DNA of 33,624 nt, from positions 1-33,624 of the forward strand of contig LT642208.1 in the NCBI GenBank assembly GCA_900128585.1, in the 5' to 3' direction. The stretch is from Stramenopiles sp. TOSAG23-3. Taxonomy: Eukaryota. How positions within the stretch are numbered: the first letter of the stretch is position 1; each line of letters begins with the position of its first letter. Below, piece after piece: positions 17,801-27,400 of the stretch. The position numbers were made by a program, and so were the translations under genes. The notes below the pieces were generated by a model. It was not told where the DNA came from. It saw only the letters and a list, made by a program, of their open reading frames with translations, and searched no databases.

Positions 17801-20073
17801 CTGTTTTGTTTGCGCTGCTTTCGTTTCAAAAGCAAGTGGTACGCAGGCTCCATCGCCTCTGTCGTCTCGAGCTCTGCCGTTATCCCCCGTTCCAGTTCCA
17901 CAAAATCAATGTTGCTGCCTTTGTCCCAGTCAAAAATTCTAAAAAACTGATTTCGTTGCTTGTTCGAAAATCCTACATCCAGTCTGCGCAGCGCGTCCAT
18001 AAACTCCCCTTTGGAAATCAAACCGTCCGCGTTGCGGTCTATGGCCAAAAACAAAGACGGCAGATCGGTAAGCCCGCGTCCATACAATGAACGCCTCGAT
18101 TTTAAAACATCCAAGAGCCGAGACAGGGTCGTCCGATGAACGGCATTCTGCGGCAGCTCGCCCCCGTCTTCTGGTACACTGTCGCTTTCCTCGTCGAATC
18201 CAAACTCCCGGGTGGCGTCCTGCCGCTTGCCCATCGTTTGCCCAGTGCTGCTGTGCCCGTGCTCTGGACGACGGCGCAGCTGGGGGCTCGAGGGAGCGTA
18301 AGGCCCAGGAGTAGATGCCAATGCTATTAAATTCAATGCCCCCCCCGCTCCTCCCCTCGTGCTTTGGAAGCCTTGGTCGGGGCTGTGCTGACCTTGGAAC
18401 GGTTTCTGACCCTCTGGGGCTGCTGACGTGATCGGGGTGGGAATATCGGCCCAAGGCTCGGGCTCGGGCGAAGTGACGTTATGGTGGCTGCGCCGGCTTA
18501 CGCGGCTAATTTCATTGAAGTTTGTTGACCCTCGTTCCAGCTGAGCCTCTATCCGGGCTTGCTCAAACTGGCTGGACAGTGCACCCATAACGGACGGGCG
18601 ATTCGGAGAGGGCTCCCACCCAATCATACCGTCGCCAGTGTCCCTGTGCACGGCCTCGTATTCCTGTGCGACGGCATCAACGTATCTATTTCTCCTCGAC
18701 ATGCCCATGGCACTCTTCATCGGAGTGTTGTGAAACGATCGGAAAGCGTCCTCGTACTCCTGGTGCGTCTCGTCGATCAAGTGCCTCGGGTCCCTGGCCT
18801 CGATCTTTTCCTCCAGCTCTCTTAACTCAACTTTCGCCTCTTCGCAGAGCTCTTTTAATCGTAGAATTGCATTCTGCTGCACCGTCATCATTTGAGAAAA
18901 GGCCTCCTCCCACACTTCGAAGCTGTCTGCCCAGGACGTTGCTGGTCGGTGCTTCGGCCCGTTCCCGGCGCCCTTACCATACGCCACGAGTGCCTCTTGC
19001 TTCACTATGACTTTCCAAAACTTTAAGACCCCTTGCACCAGATCCTCCCGTATTTCGTATTTAAGACGATTTTCAACAAGGCTCTCGTAGTTCCATGCTT
19101 TCAAAAACGTGTCCGTATTGACTCGATCAACGGGTTGGTGCCGTGGAAAATGCGGCAGCGTGGACGGCACCAGCAAGCGCTTGTGCCCCAACTTCATCGA
19201 GCGAAAGTCTATCCTCAGTTTAATTTGAAACAAGAACCGCTTCAACTTATGGATCAAGCAGTGGTTTTCGTACAGTACCCGGTGCATTTGGCCTTCCTTT
19301 TCCACAATGTACTTGGCCCCAAGGCGCTCTTCCCTCGCAATTTCTTTGCGGTCTAAAAAATGAACGTGCGGGAGTTTCCGTACGACGTGCAGCCGATAAA
19401 ATGGGCGCTCGCACAGCGGGCACCCTTCGAGCTTCAAATACTTCAATTTGGGGCACCGGGACAGTGGCATGAGAGAGTCTACCGTCACTATGTCGTTGTG
19501 GGCCAGGGACAGGGTCTTTAATTCCTGAAACTGTTCGATGCCTGAGATATCCACCAGCCTGTTGTTGCTAAGGTAGATCGTGTCCGCTCCACGAAACTGG
19601 TGAGGGACCCGATCAATAATGTTCACGTGACGGTTGACGACTTGGATTTTTGAGGAAGTAAAGAGCGTGGGAAACTGCCGTCCAACGTCTGTCAACGAGA
19701 CGTCTGGCAAACTTCCCCTGTCTTCCTGCAGAACACTTTGGTCGAGCTCACTCCGTCGACTAGCTCTCAAAAACCCGTCGCCCTCGACAACTGGGCTCCC
19801 TATCTTGCTCTTACCCCAAACGCTGGGGACGCCCACCCTCGACCTTGAGTGAGGAAGAAGAACTTGCGGCGTCAAATCGCTGCTGCCCGTGGAGTCCTGA
19901 AAGTGAACAGACTTTTTGCTTTTCGAGCTTCTCTGCTTTCTCCCCGAGAATGCGCTGCTCCTGTTCGCCCCCTTCCCATGCTTCTTCGGCGCAGGGTAGT
20001 CCCGTAAGGACATGGCCTTTGTCCGATACGCCGCTTGGGCAACATAGCTTCGTTGCAACTCGTCCTTTATCAT
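14890..20073 (-). CDS. LRR + EF-hand pair + Sfi1-like repeats + long coiled-coil protein (probably centrosome/basal body)
   Basis: First ATG 20073. SDS22/U2A'-type LRRs with LRRcap (~19324-19647); EF loops DRNADGLISKGE and DWDKGSNIDFVE (~17881-18054); eight hydrophobic-x-x-W repeats (~16395-17200); C-terminal heptads. Confidence 0.82.
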   Translation of the reverse strand: MIKDELQRSYVAQAAYRTKAMSLRDYPAPKKHGKGANRSSAFSGRKQRSSKSKKSVHFQDSTGSSDLTPQVLLPHSRSRVGVPSVWGKSKIGSPVVEGDGFLRASRRSELDQSVLQEDRGSLPDVSLTDVGRQFPTLFTSSKIQVVNRHVNIIDRVPHQFRGADTIYLSNNRLVDISGIEQFQELKTLSLAHNDIVTVDSLMPLSRCPKLKYLKLEGCPLCERPFYRLHVVRKLPHVHFLDRKEIAREERLGAKYIVEKEGQMHRVLYENHCLIHKLKRFLFQIKLRIDFRSMKLGHKRLLVPSTLPHFPRHQPVDRVNTDTFLKAWNYESLVENRLKYEIREDLVQGVLKFWKVIVKQEALVAYGKGAGNGPKHRPATSWADSFEVWEEAFSQMMTVQQNAILRLKELCEEAKVELRELEEKIEARDPRHLIDETHQEYEDAFRSFHNTPMKSAMGMSRRNRYVDAVAQEYEAVHRDTGDGMIGWEPSPNRPSVMGALSSQFEQARIEAQLERGSTNFNEISRVSRRSHHNVTSPEPEPWADIPTPITSAAPEGQKPFQGQHSPDQGFQSTRGGAGGALNLIALASTPGPYAPSSPQLRRRPEHGHSSTGQTMGKRQDATREFGFDEESDSVPEDGGELPQNAVHRTTLSRLLDVLKSRRSLYGRGLTDLPSLFLAIDRNADGLISKGEFMDALRRLDVGFSNKQRNQFFRIFDWDKGSNIDFVELERGITAELETTEAMEPAYHLLLKRKQRKQNSQSHAGRSPTKALGKSGSAPDEGANRATPAKKEADLELSPKDRKTWEETLRHEPPATPFSDSPKDRLPVSQAGPKAKKKSPKGKALVHSPSALGKKANSRRDQKGVASPPPAAKDSIKLKASAKPKASIKPRARTKPKAEKVDETHPSRTDDTKALQLAKKLSEMNDKVEKLQHERDHAVHQAKEYKILLHDFVQVDDREAMAVEFYKTSMLQKTFYKWSELLSLSRHIYRKVKQAVKQQRSKRLKKTWRHWVYVIRQRKYLQSRYVHAEKTHSRTLLSRVYLAWYNKVREAKKRKMEKLFLKRKANLFICRKALAKWCLYMKILGLEKKENAVLHYIKQLGSRTLWAWKMVTARSESDRIAEALAMGHYVRSIQKRRFGKWRRFTKVSMSRREAAERKTYKGRWLIRASVIVQRAELRKRRYMKKLAITAWSKNLHNMRQREKAVSFLNRLRDLNRAQRAWMGWRKYLFIVRSETVCSLREEAEEQEREWNRAVAIIRREKNVQEEGFALRELEWEREKLQIQGRVNSMSEEMERLDDQAREKANKTMIVSRGVRSVANDLEGLMVEVAKLRKENEMLSEENSLTNGRVKDLEARLVARDKKMSQMLEEATGINDKLQQVEGEKATVKEKLEEAKLETKNEILKASKCADEWSKEKRSLKKEIKSLKKMVHSVEQQLNVEEDARMQVEKEMGETQAAAARDQTSMEMKLESSLGLIKDLKLAVEGKSHEISILLREKESFEHIIAQLNETIKKMEADHRDEIFEKNERIAALEADLMNCRTRCQQLEARIAECEKLLREKNILIRNLKQAITLFQNPHKENIQAPRPRPKAVIKAPEDHSPKPIRVGGGYAPKETLMVHHHHHGTHDLDQERAIAAAEEANKLEAEKLHAQIAHAKRARARQAHAHDAHPRQREHISGELKEVQLPTNVSTPETQTLESHVHDDDLDMTRRLQAMKTRLQNKLTQLSEQ

Positions 20074-20333
20074 GACTCGTCCTCCGGTACGAGAGTTTCC
20101 TACCAATCCTACTACACCTTCCTCCTTTGTCTGGATTATCTTCGTCCCCTTGGATGTTGTCTAAACCAATATATAAAAGAATAGATTTAATTCTTTTTTT
20201 AATCTTTCTCTCACTTGTACCTACTTCAAATGAAACCTGTTTTGTTTTTTTATTATAATAATTTATAATACTAATATCGTTTTTTTTTTTTTGAAAATGT
20301 CGTCTACGATATAATACTATTTTTTTTATTAAG

Positions 20334-20485
20334 CTTCTTCTCTCTTCTTCTTCTCTTCTTCTTCTTCTTCTTCTTCTTCTTCTTCTTCTTCTTCTTCTTC
20401 TTCTCTTTTCTTCTTCTTTTCTCTCATCATCTCATCTTCTTTTTTTTTTTTTTTTTAGAAAAGAAGAAGAAAAGAGATGATGAGA
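20334..20485. repeat. (TTC)n microsatellite, poly(T) and low-complexity inverted repeats
   Basis: (TTC)n at 20334-20403; 20402-20422 is the exact reverse complement of 20457-20477; 20422-20433 of 20474-20485. Confidence 0.85.
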
Positions 20486-21450
20486 TGAGGGAGATTAATG
20501 AATTTATAGAAGTATATAATATATGTATTCTAATACCTATTTATTTTCTATATAAAAATAACTGTCAATCTTCTGTCAATTATTTATTATTATTAGCTCT
20601 ACTTATAGGATAATAATAATAAAATAGGCAATGTTTACTCATTTAATAGGAATACGGCGTAGTTTAAACTATATGAAAATATTTAAAATCGAATGATGAA
20701 GGCCGGCAGCAAATGTGAAATTTATTGATAACTGCTGTGTTTATGTATTCAAAGAGTATATTAAACTACGAGGAGTATATGAGGAATATGAGGACAGCTA
20801 AGTAAGAAAGGAATCAATGATGAATTTTAGAGCGATGATTTTATTTTCTTCATTTTTGTGATGGATGCTAATTTTAGTTAATGCTGTGTCCTTGATTTTG
20901 TAATGATTACGATTTCCTCATACTTATTTTATTATTTAAATAGGAATACTAGACTAAGGAAAACAAGTACGAATAATACCATTGTATTATACTATGGCAG
21001 CAAGCAGCAGCAGCACCAATAAATTGAAGAAAAAGAAAGAAAAGAAAAGAAAAAGAAAAAGAAAAAGAAAAAAGGAAAAAAGAGAAAAAAATTGCTATCG
21101 TCCTTCTTCTTTTCTTCTTCCTCCTTCTCCTCCGTTGGCCATCCGTCCGTCCTCTATTCAACAAAGAAAGAAAGAAAGAAAGAAAGAAAGAGGGGAAGAG
21201 ATCTTCTTCTTCTTTTGGATATTTATTATTTTGAATTAATGAATGAATGATTGAATGAAAAAAGTAAGTTCGTCTCTTGCCATTCGTTTTATCATCTTGA
21301 ATGTATATTTATAGAGAAATAAAAGTGTTATTTTCTTGTTTCCCTGTTGACACGATTGGTAACTTTCATTTTCCATACGAAAACGCTGCTGCAGGTGATT
21401 TTGCGCGCAAACGAGGTGTTTGTTTGAATTCAGCAACTTGATAGACGGAC

Positions 21451-24400
21451 ATGGACCATTCGGACGCGAAGGCGCTTCCCAAGACGCACGCGTTCTACCA
21501 GAAAAAGACCAGGCGGTTTTTTCCGGACGAAGAGAATCCGACGAAGTACATCGTTGCCGACGGTGTGATAACAGGGTACTATCCTGAAGAGTCGCCCATT
21601 ATATATAAGAACGCACACGTTGACGGGGACCTGGAAGACTTGGAAAATATGGAGGTAGAGGAAGCTGTGGAAGCGTTTGAAAGTCAGGCCAAAACGCCAA
21701 AGCCGAAGCCGAGCAAGGACGACGAGGAAAAGGGCTCGCCCGCTGAGATCATAGGCGAAGGAAAGGTTTCGAGTGAAGATGAAGAAGAGAGCGACGGGGA
21801 GATAACGGAATGGCCCGACGATCTGCAGCCTGGACAGTGGTCCGAAGACGGCCGATTCTACTCTAGCCTTGACGACGAGTCGCTCTACAAAATTGCAAAG
21901 AGGAAGAATTTAGAGCCTGGCCGTCTGCTCAAGTCGCACAAAGAGTATTACCCCTCGCACTTAAACCTGCACTCAAAGCTTCAGGCCGGAACCCTGCTGG
22001 ACTTCAAGCTGTACGAAGACTTTGACGATGCGGCGTACGAAGCGACGATCGCGGAGCGCAAAGCGGCCGAAGCCAGGGCCAAGGAAGAACGGAGACTGGA
22101 GCGGGAGAGGAAGAAAGGGAAAGCCGGAAAGAAGACGAAGAATGCGAAAGGCGGTAAAGGCGCCGGTCAAAAATCTTCAACACGACGCAACAAAAGCCGC
22201 TCGGCTCAAGACGCTGGGGGTGCCCAGGCTAATGCTGGGATACGGCGGAGCTCAAGGGCCAAGGCGGCCATCAGGTACACGGAGCTGGACGATGACGCCT
22301 TCTTCGAAATGGATAGTAGTAGTGAGAGCAGCAGTGACGATGGCGGCGGCGTCGTGCCACGCGCTTCCAACCGGGTGTCCAGGACTGCGGCGGCAGTGGC
22401 GGCTGAAAAGATCAAATCGTCTACTAAAAATAGTGAGTCCTCGGCCTCCGGTGTGTCCGAGTACGAAACAGACACCGAGGAAGAGGAAGAAGAGAGTTCC
22501 GAAGAGTCGACGGGGGGTGAGGAAGAGAGTTCTGAAGGGGATGAAGACGTCGAGCCCCTGATACACGTTGATCAAGTCTTTGCGAGAGAGAAAAAATCGT
22601 TGCGCGAGTGGGACAGGAAATGCGCAAACATGACAACCACACACATCACCCGCGGTTCCATTTTTGCCCAGCAGCCTCGAACGTACAGGGAAGGGGAAGA
22701 CGAAGAGAATGAGGAACGATATTTGATCAAATGGAAAGGGTACTCGCACTTGCACGTGAGTTGGGAAACGCTGTCAGACATCCACTCCATGTGCAATGCG
22801 AACTCTGCGGGGAAAGTAGACCGTTTCATAGACAACGTTGCCAGAGTCAGGACTAGCGCTGATGTGCAGCTAACATTCCCATCGTGCGAGCGCATTATTG
22901 CAATGGACAACCGGGACAAATGGTTTGACACAAGAAATCCCCCGTGCGAAATTTGTGGCGGAAGCGAGGACAACGATCAAAACCCGGCCCTGCTGTGCGA
23001 TGGCTGCGAGTTTGGATGCTGCCACTTGGAGTGCTTAAAACTAGACAAAGTTCCGGACGGTGACTGGTTCTGTACGACATGTGTTCAAAAGAACGAGCTG
23101 AGGGTGTCCGGGAAAGACCTGCCAGAAGTCCTAAAATACAGCGATAAAATGTTCCTCGTGAAGTGGACCGGCCTTCAGTACAACGAGTCTACGTGGGAAA
23201 GCGCTGCCGACCTAGATGACAACCAGATGATCTCTGGCTTCTTGGCGAGAAGTAAATTTCCTCGAAAATTTTCAACATCGAAACCACTGAGCGCGCAGCA
23301 GGCCTTGAAGCAGGTCGATCAGGAGGTTTATAAAAACGGGAACACCCTGAGGTCTTACCAGTGCGAAGGTGTGAAGTGGCTGGTCTGGAATTACATAGAA
23401 GGAAGGAATAGTCTGCTTGCCGATGAAATGGGACTTGGCAAAACTGTTCAGTCCGTGAGCTTCTTGAAGCACATTCGAGACTTTCAGGGCGCTCATGGGC
23501 CGTTTCTAATCGTTGCGCCCTTGTCCACAATTCCCCACTGGCAACGTGAGTTCCTTGCGTGGACGGACATGAATTGTGTGGTCTTGCATGGAGACCCCCC
23601 GTCGCGTGATCTCATTTTTAAACACGAATGGCGCTTTCAGGATGAGAAAAACCCGCGAAAATACCTGGGGAAAAAAGATGACTTGAAGTTTGACGTCATC
23701 GTTACCACCTACGAGGGAATAAACACGTGCTATGACAAGCTGAAGCGGGTGGCGTGGAAAGCATTGGTCGTCGACGAAGCGCATCGCTTGAAAAACCGTC
23801 GAAGCAAGTTGATGGAACAACTGGTGCACTTCAAGTTTGAGTGCACGCTTCTCCTCTCTGGAACGCCCATTCAGAACTCGATGGACGAGCTCTGGTCTTT
23901 GTTGAACTTCATCTCGCCCCAGGAATTTAATGACGTGGACGAGTTCTCAGAAAAGTTCGGGAACATGAATTCGGCGAAGGAGCTTGATGAGCTCCACGCG
24001 TTGATTGAAAAATACTTCTTGCGCCGTTTGAAGGGCGACGTTGAAAAAATACCCCCCCGAGAAGAAACGCTGATCGAAGTCGAACTAACCGTGGAACAAA
24101 AGCGTTACTACCGTGCCATCTACGAGCAAAACCGGAAGTATCTGTATCGGGGCTTGAAAAACACCAGCAAGCCGAGCCTCATGAACATTTCGATGGAGCT
24201 TCGAAAGTGCTGCAATCACCCGTTTCTCATCCGTGGGGTGGAGGATGCGATGATGAGTCAGGCAGAGCCTGGAACAAAAGTGGAAGACCTGCTGGTACGA
24301 GCAAGTGGGAAATGTGTCCTGCTCGACAAATTGCTGCCAAAGCTAAAGGCGGAAGGGCACAGGGTGCTTATATTTTCGCAAATGGTGAGGATGCTGGACA

Positions 24401-27400
24401 TCATTGCAGATTACCTCTTGTATCGTAGCTTTCCATACGAAATGATTGACGGGCGTCAGAAAGGAAATGAGCGCCAGACTGCCATCGACAGGTTCACAAA
24501 TGACCCCGAAATTTTGGTCATGCTGCTGTCCACGCGAGCAGGAGGGGTAGGAATTAATCTTACAGCGGCGGACACCGTTATCATTTTTGACAGTGACTGG
24601 AACCCTCAGAACGATATTCAGGCCATGGCCCGGTGCCACAGAATCGGCCAGACGAAGCAAGTGCAAGTTTACCGGCTCCTGTCGACCAACACGTATGAAA
24701 TGGAGATGTTTCGAAAGGCGTCCAAAAAGTTGGGCTTGGATCAAGCCGTTTTGCACAAGATGGAGCAAGAGGGTGCGGAGGGTGCCGCCCAAGCTGTCGA
24801 GAACAAGGACAAGGAGCTGGAGCTCCGGAAAGCGAAGTTTGGGCTTGGCGCGAGCACGGGTGCGACAGAAAAGGCGAACAGCGAAAAAAATTTAAACAAA
24901 AAAGACGTTGAGGAGCTTTTGAAGCACGGGGCGTACAACTTGCTGCAAGACGATAAGAGCGACGAGAAGAGTAAAACGTTTTGTGAAGCGGACATCGAGG
25001 AAATTTTAAAGACGAAATCAACTCGGATAAACGTTGCCCAAACTAGCGAGGAGGGCGCGGCTTCATCGATGTCGCAGGCTGGGTCAAAGTTTTCGCGAGC
25101 TAGTTTTGTGTCGGAAGGTTCTGGGAACGTAGACATAAATGACCCAGACTTTTGGAAGAAAATTATAGGTGTGGCGGATGTGGCAGAAGAAGATTCTCAA
25201 ATAGTTTCTGGGAAGCGGAAGAGGTTTGCTGGGTCTTACAAAGAAATGCACGAGTTCGATGCCTTGACCTCCGCGTTCCTGGACTCAACCGATGACGAGA
25301 ACGATGGCGACAGTGACGATGCCGCAAAAAATGCCGAAGGCAATGCGTCCGTAATTCCCCGCTGGGTCCTCACTGTGAAAGAACGGCTCTTGACCCATGG
25401 ATTGGGGAAGCTAGACGTTATGTGCGAAGGCCTTGTGAGCACCAGGTCGGTGGATGCGGCTGGTGATGGAGGTGCCAGCACATCATCTGCAAAGGACAAT
25501 GGCACTGGGGCTCCCTCAGAGCGATCTGTGGACGACGTCTACAAAGCTTGTGTTGCATGGATCGCTATATGGTCGCTGGCCATAGTGGAATCGAGGAAGA
25601 AGCGAAAGTCCCCTCGAAGCAGTCCGGTTCCACGAAGCGACCCGGTCCAACCAGCAGGTTCCAACCCTGTGGTGGGGGGGGGGAACACGGTGAATAAATC
25701 CGACAAGCCAGTAGCCGGTGGCGCGTCGCAGACCACGCAAATCGTAGTAGACGTTGAGATGGTGCAAAGTCCTCCAGCGCGTGAGGCAGAGAGTGAAGAA
25801 GACCTCGACGAAATATTGACGGAAAAGTTAGAAAATTGGCTTCCGGAAGATGCCCTCGATACAAAAGCTTCCGTTGTGTACATTATTGGTTCCTCGGAAG
25901 ACACCCTTCGGGCTATTGTTAAAGCAAAACAGAGGACAGGGGCGGGCAGTCACAAGACCATTGAATCGGAGATCAGGGCGCCAACGAACCATCTCAGCCA
26001 ATGGCTGAACAATCGCTTGAGTAGATTTTCGACATCCAAGCTGCTGCCGAAGATATACAAATGGCTGGCGAAAGGAGAGAGTGGGCAGATCCGATGGAGG
26101 GTTCGCGCCGAGTTGAAGCGAAGTAACATGCAGATAAACTCTCTTGCAGAAAAATTGAGCGTGACGCCGAGAAAACTATTTGGCTGGCTCTACAACCGAA
26201 AGCCAAACCTTCGAGAATCATTGCCTTGGGGAACGTCCCTGGAATTGGCCCTCCTGCAACTGAAGAATACTACAAAGAACGACTTTACTAGCGTATCTAT
26301 GGCCAAGTTGTGTGAAGAAGTCCTCAGAAGTTTGGTGGAAAAGTACCCTAATTCCAGCAGTGATGGAGCAGCCACCGTTAATCTCGTTGTTCCGCCGGAC
26401 ATGTTGGACCACATAATTCAAGACGAGATATCAGGAAGTGTAGCCACCAAAAGGATGAATCGCGTGTCAAACTTCCTCGTCTTGAACCAGATCGCATCGG
26501 ACAAGGCTCGCACTGAGTCAAAGTACCTGAACAACAGAAAAAATACATCGACCTCGAAAGAATCCTGTTCAACGTCTTCTATCGACCTCTGGTCGTGGCT
26601 TCCGCAACCCAGTGGCAACGTCAAGTTGCCCAGGATTGGCTGGGAGAAGGTCCACGACTTGGCATTGGTGCAAATGGTTATTCAGCATGGGCTGAGTCGT
26701 GGGACGTGCGAGATTCTCCGCGATTACTTTTTTCATTTAGATGCCGTAGATCCGATCGCCAGTAACGCTAAATTGTACTGGGCGATCTGCGCAAACCTCC
26801 CGGGGGAACGGTCGGAGCTGCAACTGGGTCAGAATCCAAAGGGATTGAAATCCACCTGGAGCGATTGGCGAAAACGCTTTGGTCAACTTTGCAACGCGTT
26901 CCTGCTGATGCGTCAAAAACGCGAAACGAAGCTCAAGACCAGGCTAAAGAATATAGAGAAGGGGAAAACTCAGGCAAGGCGGGCATTTGAGAAAAAGATT
27001 ATGCAGAAAAAGCGTAAATTGGGGGACATGATGCCCAAGTTCCTGTGTGTGAAATGCTCTGCCTCGTTGAGCGCCAGTCACACAGCATGTCCCGTTTGCG
27101 GTGCCCTTCCGTCGAAAAAGCCTTTCATTCCCGATCACATGATTTTGATCAACATTTCCCGCTCGGTCCTTCTCGCCGGAGAGCTCTTTTCCGTGAAACA
27201 GTGCTGGGAGACCCAGTTGACCGTTGTTGATACGATAACAGACAGTCGATGCCCTCCCGGACTTCGTTCAGGGGACATTGTCGTGAAGATTGGAAAAGAC
27301 AATGTGTTTCAGAATAATTGGAGCACGGAAGACGTTCGCGGAAAGCTTAGTACGTTTGAAGTGGGCACGATCGAGGTCGCCCGGGTGCTTCCAGTTAGCA

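Noticed and set aside
15383..17942. Long antisense ORFs (267 and 247 aa) and the many other nested ORFs in the track
   Set aside because: Shadow frames of real genes with no domains.
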